From a virus, in the IMG/VR virus record IMGVR_UViG_3300020166_000010: a DNA stretch of 64,000 nucleotides; one strand, given 5' to 3'. The notes below the pieces were generated by a model. The model was not told the DNA's origin. It made no database searches and was given only the letters and a program-made list of their open reading frames with translations. Within the stretch, counting starts at the first letter, position 1. The number at the start of each line of letters is the position of its first letter. Shown piece after piece: positions 19,454 to 28,286 of the stretch. Both the position numbers and the translations under genes were made by a program.

Positions 19454-19815
19454 ACATAAGTTATATTCACAGGTACCAGATTTGTTTCATAATTTGTAAA
19501 CTTTTTTTATTAACAGTCCTCTGAGGTACTGAGAAGAGGGCGCCCCGCCCGACGGGGTCTAGGGGGTCACTCCCACCCCGGGGATATTTGGGGGGCTGGA
19601 GCACTTTCCTGTTTATATTATTGAGTGTAGGGGGATGGGATCCTTAGAGGGTACCTCTGAGATCTCAAAGAGTACTCCCCATTGGTCTGGAAGGGTCCTT
19701 TTCCCGGGAGACCAGATGGTGCCCATTGGGTAAAGTGTTTTTTGATATATGTTTATTATTAATAGTAGTCATAGCCCCTGACCCCCAGCCCTCGGAGCCA
19801 TGGTAAATTCAGGTT

Positions 19816-20265
19816 TTACCTGCGGAACTTGGGTATTTGCGGCTTTGGTACCTTGGGTGTTGGACTCCCTCCAAGCTTGGGTACTTGCGGCGCGGGTGGA
19901 TTGGGTTTGGGTCTCTGAGCCTTTGGGGAGCCTGGAGCGCCTGGGCTCTCGGGTTGCCCCTTGCCTGGTTGGCCGTCAGGGTTCATAGTACTCTGCATCT
20001 TGTCGCTTGCCTTACCCATGGCATAGTTCCACGCTTTGTCTTTAGCCCACTCTTTTCCGCGACTCCACTTATCTCCTACCCAGTCAGAAAATCCGCGCTG
20101 GTCAGCTTCCCCAGCTGGGGGCTTAGGAGGTGGTACAGCTGCTGCCTTGGGCCTGTCTATCGAGGGCTTCCCTAGGGAGCTCTTTTGATTGGCCTGAGTG
20201 TTAACCCCCTGGGTGTTACTCTGTACCTGTAGGTTTAATTTAGCTTGTGGGCTCTGGTTGATCAT
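19816..20265 (-). CDS. Pro/Lys-rich disordered hypothetical protein
   Basis: 149-aa ORF with a Trp-rich amphipathic central helix; overlaps the end of an upstream small ORF. Confidence 0.55.
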   Translation of the reverse strand: MINQSPQAKLNLQVQSNTQGVNTQANQKSSLGKPSIDRPKAAAVPPPKPPAGEADQRGFSDWVGDKWSRGKEWAKDKAWNYAMGKASDKMQSTMNPDGQPGKGQPESPGAPGSPKAQRPKPNPPAPQVPKLGGSPTPKVPKPQIPKFRR

Positions 20266-20380
20266 AGGTTAGCTGGTCTAGTTGTTGATTTAACTTAGGT
20301 ATACTCTTGTCGTAGGGGTTAGATAGCTTAAGTGCTATAATGCGATTTCTTAACTCTACTATCTGGTCTTGCTTGTTCAT
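20240..20380 (-). CDS. Small hypothetical protein (46 aa, MNKQDQIVELRNRIIALK...)
   Basis: Translated manually; below the ORF-track cutoff; A-rich leader. Confidence 0.45.
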   Translation of the reverse strand: MNKQDQIVELRNRIIALKLSNPYDKSIPKLNQQLDQLTYDQPEPTS

Positions 20381-20505
20381 ACTCTATTTGGTTTTAATTA
20401 AGTTTCTTTATATGGCGCCCTCGGAGTGTTCACTCTGGGAACATTATCTAGGGGTCACCTATTAGTTACTATAGGTTATATATAAGTGACCCACCAGGGT
20501 GACCC

Positions 20506-20964
20506 TTATAGGGCCTCTACCTCAACTGGCTGGTTCATAACAAAAGCTTTACTTGCCCAGGTTTTACTATTAACTGCCTTATACTGGTCACTATTATATA
20601 GGTTCGTGTTATACCATAATCCGTTAATAGTTCCAACTTCTAAGCCAGCCATTATAGCTTCATCCATTAGGAGGATCTTATTTCCTTTTTTCGCGAACAC
20701 TGTAAAGTAATTATCAGATCCGAATGGCTTATACTCTACTGTATGTAAGGCTCCTTTCTTATATGCGTTTAATACTATTGAAGGATTATCATATAATCTC
20801 TGATCGTCAAAATCTCTAGCATCGTTACAGGTCATATAACCAGCTCTACACTTTGTTATAAAACGGAATTTACCCGGTTGGGCTTCGTAGTAGTCGTTCT
20901 TAATAATGTTGATAGCCTGGATTCCAGTAACGTTGATAATGTCTTTGTTTTTTAATTCGTGCAT
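20506..20964 (-). CDS. Hypothetical early protein
   Basis: 152-aa ORF behind the leftward copy of the early promoter cassette. Confidence 0.75.
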   Translation of the reverse strand: MHELKNKDIINVTGIQAINIIKNDYYEAQPGKFRFITKCRAGYMTCNDARDFDDQRLYDNPSIVLNAYKKGALHTVEYKPFGSDNYFTVFAKKGNKILLMDEAIMAGLEVGTINGLWYNTNLYNSDQYKAVNSKTWASKAFVMNQPVEVEAL

Positions 20965-20989
20965 GGTGTGGTGTTTAAGTGTTAGTATT

Positions 20990-21150
20990 AATTATATAGT
21001 AAATATAACACTTATATTTGATATAAAAAAACTTTTGTGCATTTATTTTTAGTTGAGGTCCTATTTATAATGATTATAAATTAGGAAAGTTTTCACCCTA
21101 GATTTTTTTATATGAAACTAATTGCTTATATTTACTATATAATAATTAAA
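20990..21150. promoter_or_regulatory. Divergent pair of early promoters sharing the palindromic operator ATTTATAAT-G-ATTATAAAT (21063-21081)
   Basis: Both directions match the repeated cassette ending TTATATTTA(C/A)...ATAATTAA. Confidence 0.8.
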
Positions 21151-21161
21151 ACAACTACTAC

Positions 21162-21515
21162 ATGAATATCAAAATCACCGCAGACGAAGAAAGAGTTATC
21201 AAATATGCACTCGCAGACTATACTAATAACTTAGTTGGTAAGGGAATTCTATATAATACCGCTGTTGGTATCTTAAATAAGATTAACGATGCTGGTATTG
21301 TGAAGGCAGCGAGAACACCTAAGGTGCTGGTTCAGAAGCAATATATGTTCTCATTCGAGAATGGCGGATGGAACACAGTGTGGGCTAAAACACTACCTGG
21401 TGCTAAGCGTCAAGCCTTATTAGAGTATAAGGATTCTGACTTAAATGTTCGATTAGATAGTGTTCACTTAGCTACTAAGAAAGGATTAGATTCGGCAATG
21501 TCCTTATTCTACTAG
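21162..21515 (+). CDS. Hypothetical early protein
   Basis: 117-aa ORF after the promoter cassette. Confidence 0.7.
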   Translation: MNIKITADEERVIKYALADYTNNLVGKGILYNTAVGILNKINDAGIVKAARTPKVLVQKQYMFSFENGGWNTVWAKTLPGAKRQALLEYKDSDLNVRLDSVHLATKKGLDSAMSLFY

Positions 21516-21520
21516 GGAAC

Positions 21521-21610
21521 CCTTATTTATAATCATTATAAATTAAGAAAGTTTTCACCCTAGATTTTTTTATATCAATAATTAGTGTTATATTTAACTA
21601 TAATTAAAAA
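21521..21610 (+). promoter_or_regulatory. Early promoter cassette with operator (21525-21543)
   Basis: Near-identical repeat of the cassette. Confidence 0.8.
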
Positions 21611-21620
21611 CGTAATCGTT

Positions 21621-21833
21621 ATGACAAATTTCAAAAACTTATCAATTTACATCTTAGTGATTTTAGCTGGTGTAGCTATTGCTGCCTTTATTATCCCAGC
21701 TGGTATCAAACTATTTTTTAGTGGTTTACTATGGATGATGAATAATCCTGCAACAGGGTTGGTAATCTCTATTACATTCTTAATCGGATGTTTTGTTGGT
21801 AATTTTGAAACAAAGTCTAATAAATCAGTATAA
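21621..21833 (+). CDS. Small two-TM membrane protein (start corrected to 21621)
   Basis: Two hydrophobic stretches; the track start 21585 is a GTG inside the promoter. Confidence 0.65.
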   Translation: MTNFKNLSIYILVILAGVAIAAFIIPAGIKLFFSGLLWMMNNPATGLVISITFLIGCFVGNFETKSNKSV

Positions 21834-21853
21834 TAATAAATCAAACGAACATT

Positions 21854-22990
21854 ATGAGCATTCAAACTTTATCACAAACCGCGGTAGCAACAAGTAAACA
21901 AGAGAGCATCAACGCTCAATCTTTACGCCGCACCCTTCCTTTCCGAGACATTACAATGATCGACGAGACAACCATCGAGTATAAAGGAACTCGTATCCCA
22001 ATTACCAAGCAAGCTTTTAAATCCTTACTATCTCTAGTAGGTATGAGCCAGTCGTTCGCAGACAAATTCTCTAAGCTGTTTAACAAAGAGACTAAAGCGC
22101 AATTCATTAATACTATGAAAAACGCAATGGCATCTAACGCAGGTAAACTTAGCAACGTTACATTGGTTCTAAATCCAATTTCGAAAGCTGTGATCTTATT
22201 TACTAAAGAAGACAAGCTGCAAATCTCAAACGATCAAATGATCCAAGTTGCAGAGAACATGATCTCAGATAGTTCAATGGGAGTATCTAGATGGACTACG
22301 GATCCAACAACAGGTATTATCACAATCGACGCTCATAACCCTAAGGCTGAGTTTGAGATCTTAGGATTAAGTGATGAGGTCTTTACTGGAGGAGTTACAT
22401 TCCGTAATAGTCCACTAAGAGGATTTGAAGTTATGCCATACGTAAATCGCCAATGGTGTACTAATGGTCTAACAACAGCTATGGCACAAGAAGCATACCA
22501 ACTACATTCTTTAGATAATAAGAGTATGGAAAGCTTTTTCGAAAACATGCAAGGTTTAAGACGTAATAACTACGCTCCTGAAGGATTTGCTGATCGAGTT
22601 CGCCAAGCTAACAACACACCTGCTTCGCTACATGAAATGTCTTTTGCACATAACTTAATTTCTAAGCATGCTGGTGAAAGAGCAGAACAATGGGTACCTC
22701 TACAAGAGAACCTCAACGAATATAATAAAGCCGGATTTGATAAATTAACTAACGATCAAATGAAGATGGCTAAAACTAACCAATCGCTTTGGTCAGTAAT
22801 TAATGGAGTTACACACTTTAGTAGTCATGGTAAAGGTATCATCGACACTAACATGCAACCTCATAATGAAGCTGATATCCAAACACGTATTGGAAACCTA
22901 TTAGGCAAAAAGAGTTTTGATCACGAAAACACTATGCCAAACCCTTTTAGTAAGGAACAGCTTCAACAGACTGGAGCTCTTCTGAACTAA
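21854..22990 (+). CDS. DUF932/DUF945-like phage protein
   Basis: FRNS...RQWCTNG motif (RxxCxNG) and SLWSVINGVTH C-terminal helix. Confidence 0.6.
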   Translation: MSIQTLSQTAVATSKQESINAQSLRRTLPFRDITMIDETTIEYKGTRIPITKQAFKSLLSLVGMSQSFADKFSKLFNKETKAQFINTMKNAMASNAGKLSNVTLVLNPISKAVILFTKEDKLQISNDQMIQVAENMISDSSMGVSRWTTDPTTGIITIDAHNPKAEFEILGLSDEVFTGGVTFRNSPLRGFEVMPYVNRQWCTNGLTTAMAQEAYQLHSLDNKSMESFFENMQGLRRNNYAPEGFADRVRQANNTPASLHEMSFAHNLISKHAGERAEQWVPLQENLNEYNKAGFDKLTNDQMKMAKTNQSLWSVINGVTHFSSHGKGIIDTNMQPHNEADIQTRIGNLLGKKSFDHENTMPNPFSKEQLQQTGALLN

Positions 22991-23018
22991 TGTTTAGTTT
23001 GATTTTAATTATTATTAC

Positions 23019-23049
23019 AAAAGGCAGGCGTTGTTTCCTGCCTTTTTTT
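23019..23049 (+). terminator. Rho-independent terminator
   Basis: AAGGCAGG/CCTGCCTT stem plus T-run. Confidence 0.8.
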
Positions 23050-23069
23050 ATACACCTCGGTCAGGGGGC

Positions 23070-23160
23070 CCTTATTTATAATGATTATAAATTACAAAAG
23101 TTTTCACCCTAGATTTTTTTATATCAATAAAAAGTGTTATATTTAATTATAATTAAAAAA
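23070..23160 (+). promoter_or_regulatory. Early promoter cassette with operator (23074-23092)
   Basis: Near-identical repeat of the cassette. Confidence 0.8.
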
Positions 23161-23169
23161 CAAACAAAC

Positions 23170-23454
23170 ATGACTTATTCAAAAATCGTTTCCGCTATCA
23201 ACAATGCTAACCTTTCAGTAGAAGAACTTTCTAAGCTGAATTCTTTCGTGGTTGATACTATTAAATTAAAACGCAAAATGAACGGCGCTGTTATTAAGCA
23301 ATCTCTATCTAGAGGTTCAATGGTAATGGTTGATCACCCTGCACACAAGAACTCTACGTTCGAGGTATTAGAAGTTCGTAGAACTAAAGCAACTATCAAA
23401 GATAGTCAAGGTCGCAGAATGAATGCACCTCTATCTATGTTGATCCCAATGTAA
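23170..23454 (+). CDS. Hypothetical early protein, possible SH3-like C-terminus (start corrected)
   Basis: ATG at 23170 after an A-rich leader. Confidence 0.65.
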   Translation: MTYSKIVSAINNANLSVEELSKLNSFVVDTIKLKRKMNGAVIKQSLSRGSMVMVDHPAHKNSTFEVLEVRRTKATIKDSQGRRMNAPLSMLIPM

Positions 23455-23474
23455 ATTGTCAACAACCCGATTGC

Positions 23475-23548
23475 GGACTTATAGCTCAGCTGGTTAGAGC
23501 AGCGCACTCATAATGCGAAGGTCACAGGTTCGAACCCTGTTAGGTCCA
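23475..23548 (+). tRNA. tRNA with CAT anticodon, most like tRNA-Ile2 (lysidine type)
   Basis: GGACTTA/TAGGTCC acceptor stem, TAGCTCAGCTGGTTAGAGCA D arm, CTCATAA loop, GGTTCGAACCC T arm, A73; followed by CCC, not CCA. Confidence 0.9.
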
Positions 23549-23553
23549 CCCAG

Positions 23554-23635
23554 AATTGTTAATAACTTTTGAAAATAAGTTCACTAAAGTTTTCATATCC
23601 CACTAAAAAGGTTTATATTTACATATAACATTAAA
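23554..23635 (+). promoter_or_regulatory. Early promoter variant with AATTGTTAATAACTTTT upstream box
   Basis: Same upstream box and TTATATTTA core as 30437-30520. Confidence 0.6.
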
Positions 23636-23645
23636 ACACCACGTA

Positions 23646-24731
23646 ATGAATCACTACACTATTAAGAAAACCAAAAACACATATACCCTAACTGAGGTAC
23701 AATCAGGAACAACTCTAAACATTGGATCCACACATCCTAAATTTAACTATGTCGCTAAAGAAGATTCTAAAGGATCTCGTATTATTAATATCAATGGCGA
23801 CAAGTTCACCTCATCTAAAGATTATAGAGGTCACTATAAGAAGTCTACCCAAGCTCAAAAGCCAGCTAAGCCTCTTAATATTACCCTAACCAAGTTAGAT
23901 GATTTAAATATTAATGCCAACTTATTCGTACCTATAGAGACCAATACAGTCTTTGACAAATTCGCATCTACTGCAGGTGGTATTATGCCAGGTACAAACA
24001 TCATGGCGGCCGGAGCCCCAGGTGTTGGTAAAACTACGGTCCTATTAGATCTATTAAGTACTGCACATAAGAGTGGTAAGAAGGTCCTATTCATCTCAGC
24101 TGAAATGTCTCAGATAGATATGGCCCGCTACTTACAACGCTTTCCTCACTGGGGTCAGTTGCCGATCTTATTCCTAGCAGACTATGTGGATGAATGTCCA
24201 AAGACTGTAATCGAACAAGTCTTAAATGGAGGTTGGGATTTGGTCCTAACTGATAGCTACACTGAAGTTAACGACACCGTAAAAGAAGCTTGTAACCTAA
24301 CCCGTGGTAAAGTTGAGAAATGGTTCCTAGACCTAATGATCTCAAATAACAAAGGTGTTAACAAGCCCGGAATCTACACAACCTTTATTACCATCTTGCA
24401 ATTATCTAAAGGAGGTCAATTCGTCGGATCTAACAAACTAAAACACATGACCACGAGCATGATGAGCTTGGACTGGGAAGGTGGAGAAAACGCAGGTCGT
24501 AGATACATGGAATTCTCTAAAAACCGAGTAGGTGCAGTAAACAAAAAACTTTACTTTTCTTTAGAAGGCGGAGTAAGCTTTGACGAAGCCCGATACGCTA
24601 GGGATCTATTTAACGACGAGTTGGTATCTACAGAACGCAAGCAATTAGCGACGGAAGCAGATGCCTTCGACAAGTTATTCGGATTCAGTGAAGTAGATGC
24701 CGAAGACTTAGAAGCTCATATCGAAATATAA
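23646..24731 (+). CDS. RadA/Sms-like RecA-family ATPase (no Zn finger or Lon domain)
   Basis: Walker A GAPGVGKT, FISAEMS, LTDS, GSNKLKH, KNRVG (KNRFG-like). Confidence 0.8.
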   Translation: MNHYTIKKTKNTYTLTEVQSGTTLNIGSTHPKFNYVAKEDSKGSRIININGDKFTSSKDYRGHYKKSTQAQKPAKPLNITLTKLDDLNINANLFVPIETNTVFDKFASTAGGIMPGTNIMAAGAPGVGKTTVLLDLLSTAHKSGKKVLFISAEMSQIDMARYLQRFPHWGQLPILFLADYVDECPKTVIEQVLNGGWDLVLTDSYTEVNDTVKEACNLTRGKVEKWFLDLMISNNKGVNKPGIYTTFITILQLSKGGQFVGSNKLKHMTTSMMSLDWEGGENAGRRYMEFSKNRVGAVNKKLYFSLEGGVSFDEARYARDLFNDELVSTERKQLATEADAFDKLFGFSEVDAEDLEAHIEI

Positions 24732-24757
24732 GGGTCCTATTAGGATTCCTAAGCCTT

Positions 24758-24786
24758 CCTCCCGGTTATGTGGTGTTTCCGGGAGG
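24758..24786 (+). other. 8-bp GC stem-loop with a 13-nt loop complementary to early-gene leaders
   Basis: CCTCCCGG/CCGGGAGG stem; loop TTATGTGGTGTTT. Confidence 0.6.
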
Positions 24787-25343
24787 TTTGGTGTATTTGG
24801 AGCATTGGGGCACCTGTATATCCTCGGACCGGTCATGGTAAAAAACGCTCCTCCGGTGTGAGCCAATTGGCGTTGGGGTTTAAGGTTCCTACAGGGACTT
24901 TACTTGGATGCTATATTTAGGGATTACTTGGGAATACCCTTGGATGGCTAGGAGAATCCTTACAAGCCTATCTAGCTTTCTTATATCTCTATTAGGTTAT
25001 TATAGGAGGATGGAGTTTTAAGATCTTATATACCTATACCTATATCTCTATTACTAGGATCCGTATTACTTGGATAGTTGTTTGCCTTATCTTGCTTGTC
25101 TCTTCTTAGATCTCTTATATCTTTCTTTCTTTTCTTATTCTTCTTGTTGGGATTCTTATTCTTATCTCTTCTTTGTTATCTATTATGATTGATTCTTTTG
25201 GTCACGTGCGAGGGTCCATTTTACAAGAATCTTTGCACGCTCGGGTGGTTTGTAGTGTGGTCGGTCAAAAGGATTGATATTCTACAGGTTTTTAGGATCG
25301 GGTTCTTAAGGAGTGAGCCTATATATACCTCTTCTTTTTGTCA

Positions 25344-25440
25344 CCTTATTTGGAATGATTATAAATTACAAAAGTTTTCACCCTAGATTTTTTTATATCA
25401 ATAATTAGTGTTATATTTACTATATAATAATTAAAACAAC
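25344..25440 (+). promoter_or_regulatory. Early promoter cassette with degenerate operator (ATTTGGAAT-G-ATTATAAAT, 25348-25366)
   Basis: Near-identical repeat of the cassette. Confidence 0.8.
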
Positions 25441-25447
25441 TACACTC

Positions 25448-25825
25448 ATGCCTTACATTACTAAAGATCAAGTTTCTCAAAAAAGAAAAGAATTAAAAGC
25501 TGCCTTACCTGACTATAAGCTATCTATTACTACTGAACATTATTCTGGTATTAAGGTTGCTATCATGGCAGGTCCTACTGATTTTGGAACTGAATACTCT
25601 CAACTAAATCCTCATCATGATTATCGAGGAGAAACTTGGAACCGCTATACTGAAGAATACGATTCTAACCCTCCTATCCAAGATGTTCTAGATATTATTA
25701 TGCCTATTCTAAATGAAGGCAAAGGAGAGGGTCATGAAGATGGAGATTACGGTATGATTCCTGATTATTATACTTGGGTTCATATTGGTAAATGGGATAA
25801 AGCTTATGAAATTAAAACTAAATAA
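25448..25825 (+). CDS. Hypothetical early protein, possibly LPD29-like
   Basis: RKELKAALPDYKLSIT..YSGIKV N-terminal motif (recalled resemblance only). Confidence 0.6.
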   Translation: MPYITKDQVSQKRKELKAALPDYKLSITTEHYSGIKVAIMAGPTDFGTEYSQLNPHHDYRGETWNRYTEEYDSNPPIQDVLDIIMPILNEGKGEGHEDGDYGMIPDYYTWVHIGKWDKAYEIKTK

Positions 25826-25826
25826 T

Positions 25827-26054
25827 ATGACAAACGAAAACACAGGATATCTTCCACAAATCGCATTCAATCTAGTAGATGAAAATAGAACTACACTTGA
25901 GTATTTTATTAATAAACATATTGAAGAGTTTGGAAAGTTTTCATCCTCTGATCTAATGTGGATCTTTGATGCTTCTGCTAGTATTAAAAGAACCCGAGCT
26001 CAGGAAACTAATGAATGGAATGACAGCCTTAATATTGAATCTTATACACTTTAA
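25827..26054 (+). CDS. Hypothetical protein (start corrected)
   Basis: ATG directly after the previous stop. Confidence 0.6.
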   Translation: MTNENTGYLPQIAFNLVDENRTTLEYFINKHIEEFGKFSSSDLMWIFDASASIKRTRAQETNEWNDSLNIESYTL

Positions 26055-26058
26055 AATT

Positions 26059-26346
26059 ATGAAAACAAAAGAATTAATTTGGAAATTAGAATCTACTATC
26101 TATTTATTAGATGAGATTGTTTTAAACTATCGATCTGAAGATTGGAATATGTTAAAAGCTCGCATTGCTGATCATATTGGAGTCACTAAAGGCTCGGTTA
26201 ATATGGCTATAGGAAATCTAAAGTGGATTTTATCTGATGGCTCTGAAGGCCTCTCTGCTTATACTGTTCGTCAGGAGGAAGCGGTTAGACTTACTTTAGA
26301 GAAATATGAATTAAGTAAGCAAAAACTTTTAATGATACTATCTTAA
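26059..26346 (+). CDS. Hypothetical protein, possible HTH (start corrected)
   Basis: IADHIGVTKGSVNMAI resembles an HTH. Confidence 0.6.
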   Translation: MKTKELIWKLESTIYLLDEIVLNYRSEDWNMLKARIADHIGVTKGSVNMAIGNLKWILSDGSEGLSAYTVRQEEAVRLTLEKYELSKQKLLMILS

Positions 26347-26355
26347 TTATTAAAC

Positions 26356-27414
26356 ATGAAAATTAAATTTATTATAATCGCATTTTTTGTAGCAGCTACA
26401 TGTAATGCACAGAAAACCCTTGTATCTGACATCACAGATGTAGATCTAAGTAATACAGAGCAATCAGGATATGTTAATTGGGATTTCACCAATAATACAA
26501 CCGGATATGCCTGGACCTGGGGAGCACCTGGAATGCTAGTCTATGGAGATGCGCCTGAAATGTGCTTGGACATAGAAGCTGAAATTAAAAACATATCTCA
26601 CGTATGGGGAGCTGGTATCTCTATTGGAGTAGATGAATCCTCAACAAACAGTGAACTAAAGTATAATGGCATTAATAACTATTATTTATCAGTAGAAGAC
26701 GATGTTGTTGGATTATTTAGAGGAACCAATAACACACAAGAAGATTTCATGGCTGATACACTAGCATACGTCGGTGTGACAATTGATCAAACTGAATGGT
26801 ATAAATTAAGATTAAAAATAGAAGCAGATACGATATATGGATATGTTAACGATGTTCTATACATTAACCATAAGGTAGATAGTATACAAAAGAACGGTAA
26901 GTTTGCTATAGTATCTTCTAATAGTGAAAATACATATAAGAATATAAAAGCAAGATATCACAAAGATCCATACTATATTAGTAGTGATACTATTGTAGAA
27001 TTTGTAAGTGATGTTAATCACCCAGAATGGAATAACTTACCTGTCACTCGATTAGATAGTGTTGAAACTGTAGTAGAAGCCGATGGATTAGATCATTTCA
27101 TAAGCCATTATATACAATATAAAGAATCTGAATCAATTAATATAGGAGATGATGATTGTGATTGCATTTGCCCAGCAGTAACTACCCTATCGATATATCC
27201 AAATCCAGTATCTGAATATATTAACGTAAGTATACAACAGCCTGAAGGAACACTCAAGGTTTATAGCATGCATGGATCATCTGTTAAATCCTATGATTTA
27301 AAATATGGAATTAATAGAATAGATATGACAAGATATCCAATAGGACATTATTTATTCAAAGTAGAATACGAAGGAAGAAAGGCATTAATAGAAAAGATAA
27401 TAGTAACTCATTAA
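26356..27414 (+). CDS. Secreted protein with ConA-like beta-sandwich and T9SS type A C-terminal sorting domain
   Basis: Sec signal peptide (..CNA/Q); C-terminal SIYPNPVSEYINV...IDMTRYPIGHYLFKV...KIIV. Confidence 0.8.
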   Translation: MKIKFIIIAFFVAATCNAQKTLVSDITDVDLSNTEQSGYVNWDFTNNTTGYAWTWGAPGMLVYGDAPEMCLDIEAEIKNISHVWGAGISIGVDESSTNSELKYNGINNYYLSVEDDVVGLFRGTNNTQEDFMADTLAYVGVTIDQTEWYKLRLKIEADTIYGYVNDVLYINHKVDSIQKNGKFAIVSSNSENTYKNIKARYHKDPYYISSDTIVEFVSDVNHPEWNNLPVTRLDSVETVVEADGLDHFISHYIQYKESESINIGDDDCDCICPAVTTLSIYPNPVSEYINVSIQQPEGTLKVYSMHGSSVKSYDLKYGINRIDMTRYPIGHYLFKVEYEGRKALIEKIIVTH

Positions 27415-27420
27415 ATATTT

Positions 27421-28014
27421 ATGATAATATACGTTGCACCCCCTCGAGGGATTCAAGAAAAACAAGATTGCTTTAATTGGCTAACACAATATGGACATGA
27501 AGTTGTTTGGTTAGATTTAAGACGTAAAGTCAAAGGCCCTCTACTCTTATGTGGAGGCGCTGATATCGGTAAAGATCAAGAACGCGATGATCGAGAAAAG
27601 ATTTGGATTAAACAAACCCTTGCTGATGGATATCCTATTATTGGTCTTTGTCGAGGCATGCAAGTTTTAAACTCTTATTTTGGAGGTGTTGTTGAAGATC
27701 TTAGCGATCGTATAGTAGAAGATCATAAAGCTGCTGATTTTTCAGAAAATATTGACCACAGTGGAAAACCTTCACAATTTCACACAGTAGAAGATTTACA
27801 TGGTAAATTAATAAACGTTAATTCTCGACACCATCAACATTGTTCAGTAATAGCAGACAATTTCAAGGCCACTCATCTTTCATATCCTTTATATTCTGTA
27901 ATAGAAGGTTTTGAAGATATTGATCAAAAGATTTGGGCAGTGCAGTGGCATCCTGAAAAAATGGAATCCGAAGATAATGAATACCCTTTAAATAAACTAA
28001 TTAATTTAAAATAA
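27421..28014 (+). CDS. Peptidase C26 / gamma-glutamyl hydrolase (class I glutamine amidotransferase-like)
   Basis: GGADI, GLCRGMQ, VNSRHHQ, VQWHPE. Confidence 0.85.
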   Translation: MIIYVAPPRGIQEKQDCFNWLTQYGHEVVWLDLRRKVKGPLLLCGGADIGKDQERDDREKIWIKQTLADGYPIIGLCRGMQVLNSYFGGVVEDLSDRIVEDHKAADFSENIDHSGKPSQFHTVEDLHGKLINVNSRHHQHCSVIADNFKATHLSYPLYSVIEGFEDIDQKIWAVQWHPEKMESEDNEYPLNKLINLK

Positions 28015-28268
28015 TGGACCAAAACATGATACTAAGATCTGGCAAATATCAAGGATATACTGTCAGAGAAGCTTATCGAAAAGACCCTTCATATATTAGA
28101 TGGGTTATTGAAAATGTACCGGCAATGCTAAAGAGCCACGGCCCTAGTAAAAAAGCTAAAGTAGTAGAAGCTCGTAAACCATTTGAATATAAGCAACCAC
28201 CTGATGTTGAAAAGACTATAGAAAATGGTTGGATTCCACCTGGCAGTGTAGAAGATGCATTTTTTTGA
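28014..28268 (+). CDS. Small protein with GKYxG...DPxYxxW motif
   Basis: SGKYQGYTV...DPSYIRWV. Confidence 0.6.
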   Translation: MDQNMILRSGKYQGYTVREAYRKDPSYIRWVIENVPAMLKSHGPSKKAKVVEARKPFEYKQPPDVEKTIENGWIPPGSVEDAFF

Positions 28269-28286
28269 AAATAAATGAATTTTTGT

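Noticed and set aside
18945-19750. tmRNA, RNase P RNA or group I intron
   Set aside because: No tRNA-like ends, no GAGGAAAGUCC, no correctly ordered P7 R/S elements found by eye
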